From Monocercomonoides exilis PA203 (taxonomy: Eukaryota > Protista > Preaxostyla): a stretch of DNA of 64,000 nucleotides. The stretch covers positions 372,001-436,000 of the forward strand of contig LSRY02000020.1 of NCBI GenBank assembly GCA_001643675.2, in the 5' to 3' direction. The notes under the pieces were generated by a model. That model was not told where the DNA came from, ran no database searches, and worked only from the letters and a program-made list of their open reading frames with translations. The position numbers were made by a program, and so were the translations under genes. This document shows, in pieces, positions 12,585 through 24,939 of the stretch. The first letter of the stretch is position 1. Each line of letters starts with the position of its first letter.

Positions 12585-13709
12585 TTGAATCATGGAGAAA
12601 AGAGCTCTACGATATGTTTGAAACTTAGCTTTGCTGAAATAAATTCGAACAACAGCAACATGTGCCCTTTGGAAAGCAGATCTTCACTTGAAGGAGCAGA
12701 AGAAGAAGCAACGATGATACAGAGCGTTGCAAATTTCGAACTGATAAACTTTGAGATACCCCCGTCATTCAAAAATTGAGTCAATTATTTGATGCATGTT
12801 GACTCAAGCGAGGGGTTATTGACTTTGAAAGACTGCTCGTTCACAAAAGATGAAGAAAGTGGAAAAGAACCAATGAATTACGGGATGATTGAGGCAGATG
12901 GAGGAACAGTTCAATTGGAATTTGTGAAAAAACAATCACTCAGCTTTTCACAGGATATTGTTTCTGTTTTGTCAACAACGATATTGAATGTGAAAAACCT
13001 GACAATGAAGAATGTTGAGCTGGAAGGAGCAAGCGGATTGAGCATTTCAAAGAGCTCAGGTGGAGATAAAAAATCAAGCAATGAAATTGAACAGAATATT
13101 GTTATTGAGTGGAATATATTTGAAGATATTACCCAGAACACAACAGATGATATTCCCGTCATTCGAAATGTGAATGATGAGCCATTAAAAATGGTGATTC
13201 GGAACACAACGATGAAGAAGTGTGGAGGGTTGAAATGCGAAAAGGGAGGAGGGATGTTTTGCGTGTTGAATGAGGGAGGAAACTTTGACTGCTCATTTTG
13301 CACGATTTCTGAGTGTTTCTGCTCGAGCACAGGAAGAGGTGGGTGGCTGTTTCTGGAAGGAACCTCAGCAGCTGAGCAGCTTCTGAATTTTGTTCTGTCG
13401 AATATCACATTTAGAGACAACTCTGCGTTCAGAGGGAGAGATGTGTATGTGAGATGCCACTCAATCGAAACACAAATTGTTGATGAGCAGTTCTTGCTGG
13501 ACTTCAGAGCTCCGTTTGTGAAGGAACTAGCGATATGGGGTTGCGCAACAGACTCGTTTATTGGCGAAGAAGATCTTTTGCTGAGGGTTGTGAAATACCA
13601 GAGCGAGACGATATTTGTTTCTTCTGTTGCAGGAAATCATGGAGACAGCAAGCAATGTGGAGAGTTCAAAGAGCTTTGCAAATTGATGAACGTGAGAATT
13701 TATCGTTAA
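12585..13709 (+). pseudogene. Surface-protein family fragment
   Basis: ORFs 12585-12779 and 12789-13709 share a frame with an internal TGA. Motifs KGGGMF, GRGGWLFL, NSAFRGRDVYV and IFVSSVAGNHGDSKQCG are present. No signal peptide or TM helix, so truncated. Confidence 0.75.
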
Positions 13710-14189
13710 GAACACTCAACAATTACTCAGCTGATAAACTCAAAAGAAAATATGATAGTTGGAGAATATCGAACGTAAACGTTAGCATACACTCTTTTAA
13801 TAGTATTCATCAGCTTTGGTGAATCAGAACTAATTCGTTTCTGGTGACTTGAGAAGTTTTATCATAACTTCATAGATAGTTAGGATTGAGAGCGTGAAAT
13901 ATTCTTTGTTCTCATTTCTTTCCTATATTCACTGTTCTATCATTCATGAAAAAAGTCATCAGCGATCATTTTCATTCGTTGATATTTCTTCTGATTGAGG
14001 GTCAAATAATAATAAACAAATTCTTTTCAAATAGGTTTTGTGATATCAAATGTTCATGCTCCAACAGCATATTCGAATTGTGGCTAAAATAATTCAGTAT
14101 TGAATAAAGATCCTTTTATTATAAATAAGCATGCTTTACCATAAAAACGAAAGCCTTAATATAGCCAGCTTCAAAGGTGATAATTGATC

Positions 14190-14640
14190 ACTGAATGATA
14201 TTTCTCTTGGGATTCTCAAATTTGTTAGCATCTTGATTTCAATTCCATCTGCAAGACTTTCTCCACTCTTTATTCCTTCAATCTTTATTTTTTGTGATAT
14301 CCTTAAACAATTGCAACCAGACGACCATCAATTTAACATGATCTCTTATCCTCCCGTGTAACTTTTCCTACTTGCCAAGCACCAAAATCTAACATCGAAA
14401 TAAAAGAGAATGAAGAATTCAAAAAGAAATGATTTTTAACTGAATGTGATGTTGAAGGAAGTGCGACAAAAGATCTCATCAGCTTTTGTGGTGAAAAAAT
14501 AAAAACAAGTGCTTCTGTTTTATTCGGGAATGTCAAATTTCTTTCAGCAACAGATTTATTTGTATAATAGAACTGAAGAGAATCATATTCAAATGGAGAT
14601 AATGGAATTATTGAAGGAGTGAAAGAAGTGAAATCTTTTT
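14190..14640 (-). pseudogene. Unidentified decayed coding fragment
   Basis: Coding-like minus frame around ORF 14333-14536 with in-frame stops; no domain recognised. Confidence 0.3.
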
Positions 14641-15914
14641 CGTTATTGACCTCAAATTATTGGGTGTTATCTTTATGATCATTATGATTTGAACTGTGAT
14701 ATAAATTGTTCCATGTAGAAAAACTTAAAATGAGGTTTAATAACAGAGTGAAATTGTGAACAATATCATTAGAATTTTCTTTAATGTGTTTTAAACAAAA
14801 ACACTAGAAATGTCACCCTAACATAAACGAAGAAGAGATATTAATCAATAGAGAAGAATGAAACAATTGGCATATTGAAAGAGAGTGAATGAAAAAACAA
14901 TGCTACATTATAAATCATAATAGGTTTTTTTTTCAAAGCAGATCGATTTCAAAAATTTTGGAAAAGACACATACAAAGTCCCGAAGTTTGTTCTGGAAAA
15001 GGTGTGTGCCTCGAAAAAAAGAATAAAATAGCAATAATCGTCACTGTCTATTTCATTTTTTGTACACTCGGAAACTTATTTCACAGAATCCACCTACGAT
15101 TTTTCATTGATTTTTAATAAGAAAACTTCGAAAATTAATAATCCAGTCTCCATTTTCTTTATTCTATATTGCACGAAAAGACGATCGTGGATTAGATAGG
15201 TGTGTTGTTGTTGCAACGTTGTTGGAGAACATGAAATTGGCCATTTGGATCTTCGATAAAAGAGAAATTAAAACAGTTGAATTCACATTATAAGATGAAA
15301 ATAACAAATATAACCAAAATTTTTCATTATCTGGTTTTTTTCATCATTTATTTGACTTGTGTTTTTGTTTTCCTGTGTTTTGCAAAAAAATTTATTCGCA
15401 TATTATTATTTATGACGCCAAATGTTGTTTGGGTCATTCTATAAATATGATAATGTTAACATACATTAAATCCAACTTTCCAATTTGTTCACAAAATTAA
15501 CAAAAACTTATCTCTCCACTTTTTGAATATTAAAATTTAATTGAAAAAAAAATATTTCGAAAAGACTATAGATGTGTGCAGATAACAAAATTTCTTTTAA
15601 AAGAAAAGTCAGTTTGTTTTCATAAGATTTTCTTCAACACACTTTTTATGTGACAGTTTATTCAATTGTTTTGTTATCTTGAAGCAAATTTCATTTGTTA
15701 TGTTTTGTTTTCATTCATATGCTTTTAAAGAAGTTTTAAAAGAATTTTTATGAGTATTTAACATGATTATCATCATCAGAAATACTGTACAAATTCTTTA
15801 AATTGTATAAAAACTGGGTTTGTTATTTGAAATATTATTAAGTGTAAGTGATTCAGATAATAAAATAAGCTTTGTAATTTATTTGTGAGTTGGGGTAAAA
15901 AGAATCCAATCAAA

Positions 15915-16268
15915 TTATGGTGAGGGAAAAAACCCGCACATATGACATTTTCTTTAGAATTAATCAGCCAAATTCATATATGTGGAAGACTATTGCATTT
16001 TAACTCCTCCGTTAACTTCTTTAAGTCCAGTATTTCGTATTTCAATAAAAAAATCAAAAACAAAAAATTTTGATCTTTTTTGATCTTTTGATCAAAATAT
16101 TTTGTTTTTGATTTTTTTATTGAAATACGAAATACTGGACTTAAAGAAGTTAACGGAGGAGTTAAAATGCAATAATCTTCCACATATATGAAATTGGCTG
16201 ATTAATTCTAAAGAAAATGTCATATGTGCGGGTTTTTTCCCTTGTGCGGGTTTTTTCCCTCACCATTA
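15915..16268. mobile_element. Near-perfect palindromic MITE with 8-bp TSD (hAT-like ends)
   Basis: Arms T(T/A)ATGGTGAGGGAAAAAACCCGCACATATGAC... pair almost to the centre, which is TTTTGATC x3 (~16068-16097). TSD CAATCAAA (15907-15914) versus CAATCAAT (16269-16276). The right arm has an 18-bp tandem duplication. Confidence 0.85.
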
Positions 16269-16999
16269 CAATCAATATTCGAAACGATAAATAAAAAAGA
16301 ATCATGAATGAGGAAAACATATGAGAGATGGTTGAAACGCATGAAAATTTCAACATCCATAAAAACACACATTTATAAATCTTTAAAAAAATCTGTTTGA
16401 AAAAAAATCTATTTGAAAAATAATCATTAATAATTGATTTTTGTTAAAAAATATTTCTAGAGTTTTCATTTTTACAAAATATTCTTACTAATACATAAGT
16501 CTTCAATAACTTTTTTATTCAAACGACCATCAACGATAAGAAAAATCAAAAGTCAAATTGAGTGTGAAAAGTTTTCAATTTTGGTATAGATCCTAACGAT
16601 AGCATGAATAATTTTGAAATGCTACATAAAGTCAGAAATAAACGAACGATTAATTGTGACACACAAATAAATGATTATTATGAAATGAAAAATGAGAATA
16701 AAAGAAATTTTCACTCCTTAATAAACACTTCGAAAAAAGGATGTTTTCGAAAAGAATCACTCAAGTCTATTATTTGGAAGCGTTTGACACACATTTTAAA
16801 AAAATTTTTTGCAGATAAATGCGAATTCTAAAATTATAAATATTCTGAAAAAATATATGATTTCAACAATGATCACCAATCTCAAACTCAGAAGAATCAT
16901 TGATTGTTAATCCTGATTTTTCTGTTTTGCCAAACATTAAGATGAGACTTATTGACATATTTTTAGAATACTGTTTTTTTTATAAAGGTGAAATGAAAT

Positions 17000-19548
17000 T
17001 CAAAATAGCACAATAATTTGAAGTGAGTGAAAAAATTGAAAACGATGATTATTTGATTTCAAAAAGAATGAGTTGTAAATGTTATTCACAAAAGAAGCAA
17101 CGAATTCAACGAATCAAAAGAAAGCGATTGTCTATTATCACCAACGATTCGCTTTAGAAAAGAAAAAACTCGTTCACATGGAGATTCACTTCAAGGAGCT
17201 GTTGCAATACAAAACCAAATGTTAGCAAAAATTGTTTCCATTCCACCCTGTGATGAAATATGACTGTAATCTACAGGGAAACTCTCGAGAAAACCAATTG
17301 AAGTTGCTGTAAAAATGTGAGTTATAAATAACGATGCATCATTTTCTTTTGTTTTCTCGGTTAACTTCCCTTATGAATAATTGATAAATATATTGAATTT
17401 CGTAAATATTCTGAAATACCAATAAGATGCAATTGAAATCTTCATTGAATCGACTGCTTCATTCTCTTTTTCATTTGAAAATTCGTGAATGACTTGAAGT
17501 TTTTTATTTGAACCTGCAAAAATCTCATCATCTTCGTCTTCATGGAATACGTCTTTGTTGAAGTCACCTATTGCATGGTTATCTGATTCTTAACTGAGTG
17601 TTTATCGAGAAGATATGAGAGAAGATCTTGTTTCAATAAAGATTGAAGCTTCGTCATTTAATATTTCTTCATATTCGTAATTTTCTGATTGCTCCTCTGC
17701 CTCCATGAGTCCAAAATAATCTACTGCATTGTCATTATCTGTAAAAATTCCTTCTTCTCGTACATGTTAGAAAGAAACCTCTTTTTGTTCAAATTGCGAA
17801 ACAATTAATAATAAATCTTCAATTTCTATTTGGATGTGCTTCGATGATGATGTAACGGAATCTTGCTCTTCCTCAATTTGTTGCTTGTTCGAACTCTGGT
17901 GGACATGCTCGGTTGATGATTCGTCTCTCAAAATCGTTGATAATTCCTTTTGAAATCTGCTCACAGATAATGGAAAAGCTGTTGATTCTTTTTCTTTTTT
18001 AAAGCACCTTCCAATGGATGTTTCTTTATTCTGTGATGATGAGTCAATAGACGATGATGATGCTCTACCTAGAAAACAGTTGAAATGTTGTTTATTGAGT
18101 TCAAAAATGGGGAAGAAAGAAACTATCAATTAGAGAATACTCAAATGTTTGAACAAACTGTCTTTTTTCTCGTTTCTTCTGAATCAAAAAACATACGACA
18201 AAAATCATCAATGATAAGTTCATTTTTTCCTTCTGGTGTTAATGCATAAGCAAGCGCAATTAGATCCCCTCTTTCGCTTTCCAAAGTGTAGTTGAACAGA
18301 CACATCCAAACGTTGACAATTGCTTTATCCCAATGATCGAAACGAAATGTGCTTAATTATAGAAAGTTTTTGAAAAATGACATTGCCTCAAGAATTTTTG
18401 GAAAAGCATTTCCCAGCTTGCTGTTGTCATCTTCAAAAAACAAATGCAACTTTTTTAGTGAATAATATAATTTCAGCTTTCATTACATCAATGATACTCT
18501 GGCTGTCCATATGCTTCGATTCCGAAATAATTTCTCTGTTTTTCCTTATGAACAAGCAAATATCTGTCAAGCACAACCATCTCGTGAGTGTGAATGTTAG
18601 GCATTTTGCAGGAAACATCTGTTGCATTGATGAGCTCCTTGATTATTTTGAGAACTCAATAATATTATCCTTGATTAATTTCAGAAATGGGGCTTCTTGA
18701 AAACAATGTGTGATTGTCAAGTTAATTAAATGATTAAAACAAAAAACATGAAAAGGTTTGACATGAAAGTTCAATAAATCTATTTCACGATCAGAATCGT
18801 GTGATAAATCTTGAAACGCTTTTTTTTGAGCTGCCAAACCATCACTGCAAATGCTTCTGACTTCACCTCTTCATTTTGCAATCTCCGAAATGCACATTTC
18901 AGCAAGATTTTTGAAATCATCAGAAGAATAACATGCTTGTTGAAAACTCCAAAATCCAGGAGATGATTTTTTTGAATGAATAGTGGATGAAATAATGGTG
19001 CACTTTTCATTTGCAATTATCCCTCCATCGATCATGAGGGAAACGCATATGTCCTTTATCAATTTGGATCATTCACGAATTGCTGCTTCTTTCTTTTCTC
19101 TGATAAGTCTTTTTATTTTCCACTTTGATAAATATGGAAATATGACTGTGGGCTCTGCAGTTGGATTTGTCTGGGCTATTTGAACCAAATGCTTTTCAAA
19201 TGTGTTAAATTCTGACGACGCAGCTGATAAAAACGATATGTTTCATCTGGAAACGAAATTTGAAAATAAATCCGTCAGTGGTACAATATCATTAATTGAT
19301 TTATTACAGGCGCCACTTGCAGATACTGTTGGTTGCGTAACATTTTGTTTTTTTGTCATCGAAAAATCCAGTGTGGGAGACAACAATGTGCATTTATGTT
19401 GTTTGATTGCTGTTGAAGTCTCTATCCTTTAGCTTCCACATGCATATATCTTTTTATCTTATTGACACAAAAACATTCTGAATCCGTCCACTTTTGTTTT
19501 GAAATCTGATTTCATTCTATTGAAGCAAGTCCTAAAGAAATCATTCAT
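17000..19548 (-). pseudogene. hAT-superfamily transposase, decayed
   Basis: VSLMIDGG, DG-LAAQ, HVFCFNHLINL (CxxH), TLTRWL and the C-terminal dimerisation motif AP*SESPCERVFS; multiple stops and frameshifts. Confidence 0.85.
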
Positions 19549-21574
19549 AAATTTTTGATGAAATTGGAACATGACTTCTTCTTATTTATTTTGATGCTGG
19601 AAAATTCAGGAGTTGATACAAATTTTTTCCAGATAGAAAGAATAATTTATTGTTATAATCAATAACAAAAATGTATAATCAATGCATGGCACGTTTTTAC
19701 GAGTTAAAAAAGATTCCAATTTGATAATATTTTCAATCTGTTTTTTCAAGATCATCCATTTGTCATTAAAGCATTTATCTTGCAACAATTTCAAAAAAAG
19801 AAAACAATGGAAAGGATTCATTGACATCAATTTTTAAAGAATACGAAAGAAAAATCTTGCAGAGCTTTTTGAAGACAAAAAGGAAGTTATTTTATTAACA
19901 ACAAATGATAATCACTTAATGATGAAACAAATAAATGAAATTCAATAATTTAAACAATTGATTTATCACAACTGAAACTCAGTGACAAATTATATCTGAA
20001 TATATCAGAAATGAAAAAAGATAATATTTTAAAAATTGGAATTCAAATCGTATTCAATCCAAATTGACAAAAAAAAAGAAAAAATGAGGAAAAAATATGG
20101 AAAATTATCCATCAAATAGACTCATTTGTTTATTTCAATGAAATCGGAGATAAACTTATCGGATCAGACAGGTTGAATTGATAACAATTTCTTCTAAATG
20201 AATCTTTCATAATTCATAACAATTATTTCACAAATCCACTTTTTGAGTAATTTTTTGACAACTTCTGATATTTTCTTAAAAAAATAATGCTTTCAATAAC
20301 AATCATCCATAACAAATACGATATCGTTTCAATTATAAAAAAAAAAATAATTGACAATATTTAAGTTTGAAGCTAAAGAGTGTACATCAAACTTTGCTAA
20401 TATGAAAAATGCTGTAATATTCTTTTCAGGAATTTGAAAAAATATTAAAAAAACTTCTTTCAAAAGCTTTCAGCTTAATAGAATTTTATTTTTTTTAAAA
20501 AATAGAATTTTTCTGTGGAATATAAATCTTTGCATTTATCTTCACAAAAATTAAAAATTCCTAAAATTGAAAAAGAGTGAATAAATCCACAAAATAGCTT
20601 TATGAAAAATCAAAAACGAGAAACAAATCATCTTGACAACATAACAACTTTTCCTTTTGTATCAAATATAAAAAAATCACTTGTTGCAAAAGTCTTCATC
20701 CAATTATTTCAAAAATCGAATATTTAATCCTTAAATAAATCGAGTAAATAACAATTTATGAAATGAAAAATAAAGTTTTATATTCGACAAATTGATCTTT
20801 TCGTCCGACTGATTTTTATTAATTGACTGATGACTGTGAATATCTGTTGATGACCCAATAGAACCACATTATCGGTGATATCGAAAAAAATAAAAGATAT
20901 TATAAGAAAAGGTGTTTCTTTAATAGAAAAAGAACACAAATATTAAAAAAATGTTTTTTAAATTCAAATATTTAAGGAACAATCATTTAAATTGGGTTAT
21001 TATTACTGAAATAATAGCTTTTTTCTGAGTGCTGTTTTTTCAAAGGTTGTTTGTCTTTGATATATTATTGTGTATTCATATGCAAAATACATCCCAACTG
21101 TTTCTTAAACCAATGTCTTTGCAAAAATGAAGATGAAGATGTCTTCAATGTGCCATTTCATTTTTCAGTGTTTATTTGTTGATGAATAAGAGAAATATTC
21201 GCACCGAAATGTTTGAAAGAATGAAAATGATAACAATATTTATTTTTCAATTTAAAAAAAATTTGAATTCAAAAGTTTCATGATTATCTTGGGGATCGAC
21301 TCGTCAAGGGATTTGTGAAAAGAAGATGTTTCACAAAGATTAATTATTTTCAATTTATTGAAATCACTCACAAAAGTTTAATTCGAATTTGAGATGAACG
21401 CAAAAATTCTTTTTATTCTTATTTCTTTGTTATATTTATGATAATAAATACGAAAGCCACTTGAAAAAAATTTTAAAATTCTTCTTTAGTTATTCAATTT
21501 TGACCGAAAGAAAAAGAAAATAATAATATTCAGTTCACTGCTTTAAAGGAGACAAAATATGAAAAGAAATATGA

Positions 21575-21860
21575 GGCAAAATATTTCACTTCAGGTTATT
21601 TTATTGAAAAAATGTGAACTTTTCATTGACTTTTTGAGAACAAAAAACACAATAAATATGGGTCCATTTTTTGACAATAGCGAAATGTCAAAACACTTCC
21701 TGCTATGGTTTCAATGATGTATGTTTTTGGATGTTAAAATAAAATTTATTTTGAAATCGGAGCAAGCGAAACAATGTAATGAGTGAAGCAATTTTTTTAC
21801 GCTTTATGCAAAAAAAGCTTTTAAGTCCACATTTTCATCCTTTCGTTTATTTTTTTTATA
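21575..21860 (+). repeat. Dispersed decayed repeat, homolog of 1880-2230
   Basis: Aligns by eye to the reverse complement of 1880-2230. Confidence 0.75.
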
Positions 21861-22240
21861 ATATTTATAGAAAAACATTTGGGTGCAAAATTTTTTTAAT
21901 TTATGAAAAAAATCATGTTTTGTCCCAAACTTGTTTAGCACAAATATCACAATAAATAAAACATTAATGAACAAAAAATTTTGGAAATTTAATCTATAAT
22001 GACTATTTGTTTTCGTTTTTGTAAAAGTATGAGATATTTGAAGAAATATCAAAAGAATATTCATCATATGTGTGAATATGATCTTTGTTTTCACTAACAA
22101 ATTTGATAAATAAAAGAAGAAGTTTCGTTGAATTATCTATGCTGCAGATGGAGATTCAATATTAATCGTTATGTATTTCATCAAACAACTATCATCGAAC
22201 AATGAAAATTTTCAATCTCAAATTGAAAATTGGATGAAAA

Positions 22241-24255
22241 GGGTCATATTTTTATTAGATCCTATTTTTTTATTCGATCTTATCTTTAAAAAATCAATTA
22301 TTCAGCCACCCATATATCGATTTATTAATAGTATTTTTGGTATATAAGAAAAATATTAGCAACTTAATAAATACATTTTAATGCATAACCTGTTTCTTAT
22401 GGGGGGGAAATGGAGGGGGTTAAAAGCCTCCAGTTGAAATTCTATCAGTTACAGGTTGGTTCAAATGAATTAAATTCAAAAAAAATATGCATTTTATGGA
22501 AAAAAATAAAATTTCAATGTTCATAGAAATTTATAATTAAAAACGAAATAAATTGGCTTAATGATCATAACCCAAAAAATTAAAAATGAGAAATGAAGTT
22601 GCAAGGAAATCAACTGCGGGTCAGCTGAAGCTGTGGGAGGAAATGCTGTCCCTCAAATACAGACAATTTCGGAATCCACTGGAGCGAATAAAACATATTG
22701 TTAACGATGGAGCTGTGCACATGGTGGATGCATACGACAGCAAAAAATTCAGCAAAATTCGAATTAAGAGTGCGGTGAAGGCTGTTCGGCAATGCAGACT
22801 AGTTTCTAAAATTGGAAGACCTGCTGTGGTCATTGGGGAAAAAATGCAAACTGTTCTTGATGGAAATAATAATAGAAAAAACTGTCTGAAACGTGACAAA
22901 CCATCAAGAAAATGCGTGAACTGGTTTGCATAAATATACTTTGAAATGAATAAATAAATATTAATTAGATTGAAAATGTTGTTAATGATTTGAAACCAGA
23001 AAACACGCCAGATGTTAAAGTTTCTGCGTCAGTTACTTACGATTTCATCAAACGACATCCAGAGCTAAAGACATCAAAGCCGAAAATTGTTGATTCATTC
23101 AGGCATGCGGTATCATGCCAACAAGCTCTAAAGCCCTGGAATAATACTATCAATAAATTGCATTAAACAAATAATTACAACAACGCACTGATTTTCAACG
23201 TGGACGAGTCATCACCCAGGGTCCCCGGCAGCTCCAATCGGAATGTCGTTCATCCGGCAAATGCAAAACACGGTTTCGCTAAATCTGCGGCGCGAATGGC
23301 GAATTCTCCACTGACTGAAGCGGTTGCAGCTGATGGTCAATCACTTCCTTCAGTTATTCTGTTGCCGAATCTCAAACTTCCTGATGACTTGAAGCCTCTT
23401 TGGTCTTCGAATCTTGAAATTTGGCGGAACAAATGTGGATGGATGGAATCTTCAACGTTTAAGAAGGATGCACTTTCAATTCTTCTCCCTTCAATTAAAG
23501 AAAGAAGGCAACGCATGTCACTCGACGAATCGCACTGCTTGCTTCTTATCGACTCCCACATTTCTCGAGCAGTTCCAATATTCTGGCGAGAGTTTAAAAA
23601 AGAAAATGTGGATGTTGTGACATTCGTCCCTCATAGCATACACATTTGCCAGCCACTGGACCGAGGCGTATTTGCCGTTCTCAAATCAGAGCTGAGTTCA
23701 CAGTACGAAGCACCTTCGTCGTCATCTTCAGCAGCGAAAAGAACAGCTCTTGTAAATGCTCTACAACAATCAATTCATTCGGCGCTATCACCTTCTGTCA
23801 TCAAAAGAGCATTCAAATTCAGCGGAGTGCTGAAAGACTCGTCTAGGCCAGTTCTGATGAAGCTTCCTCAATCATCGACTTATCCTCTTTCCTTCTCATT
23901 AAAAATCGATCTGACTTCAACAATATAGAATTAACAGAAGAAAAGTTACTCAATGAGTGGGATGATTATTTGAAAAAGAAAAGCGAAATGGAAAATGAAA
24001 AAGAAAACATTTCTGATGAAGAAAATGATGAAACAATGAATTTCACGAAAAAGCTGAAAAGACAGTTCAAAATACTTCAAGATGAGAACGACATTGAGAA
24101 AGATTCATCTGATGAAATAGTTCGAGAAAAGGGAGAAATAAAAGTCATTCGCAAATTAGATTCGAGTTTCGTATTTTTTTGAATTATTTTTGAATTTTTC
24201 ATTTCGAAAAATTTGGGTACGAATAAAAAAAAGGGTACTAATATAAATATGACCC
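22241..24255 (+). mobile_element. pogo/Fot1-like element with ~45-bp imperfect TIRs
   Basis: GGGTCATATTTTTATTAGATCCTATTTTTTTATTCG (from 22241) is inverted at CGAATAAAAAAAAGGGTACTAATATAAATATGACCC (to 24255) and encloses a DDE_1 transposase. No TSD seen. Confidence 0.7.
22586..23928 (+). pseudogene. pogo-like (DDE_1) DD35D transposase, frameshifted
   Basis: IGRP, DFIKRHPEL, FNVDES, CGWM, LLLIDSHISR and HICQPLDRGVF; 35 residues between the second and third Asp. Confidence 0.88.
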
Positions 24256-24939
24256 CACATGTTTATATGGAGATTATCGGAATTCGAATAAATTCTTAGA
24301 AATATTCTAAGAAAAAAAGTGTAATCGCTATTTGAATGGAAAAAAGCTCCCTTTCTTCCTTCATCATTATCTTTTTTTTTCATCTTCCTCTTTTTCCTAT
24401 TCTTTTTAGTCCTTTCAAACACATCCGTCCCTCTCCTCTATCTTATGTGTTTGTTGTTCACATTTATTAATTTTCATCGAGCAGTCTGCATTTTCCATCG
24501 TCTTCTCCATCCTCGCCTCAATCTCAAGCATCACTGCGCAGTCTGCGATGTTTTGCACAAAAGATTTCCGCTTTTATATGATTGTCGTTAAAGGCATTGG
24601 AGTCACCTTGCATGGAATGTGTGCTGTTGTGTCAGCAAAACACGACTAGCTCAACAGAAAAATGGAAAATGCTCCTGATGCACTTTTTGGCTGAGAGAAA
24701 GATGAAGTGCGCAAAAGTGTGGAAGAAGATTGGGCTGTTTAAAGATAAAATAAAAAATATCAAGGTATTGAAAATTATGAAATTTATTTTAAAACATAAA
24801 AGTGTGTTATTTTATTATTTTTTTTTTTGATAATTATTTTTAAAAAAAGAAATAGCTTTACAACTTCATTTAATACTCATAAATATTTTCATTCATTTTC
24901 ATTTTTATTATTATCATTAACATTTTTATCATCAAATCC

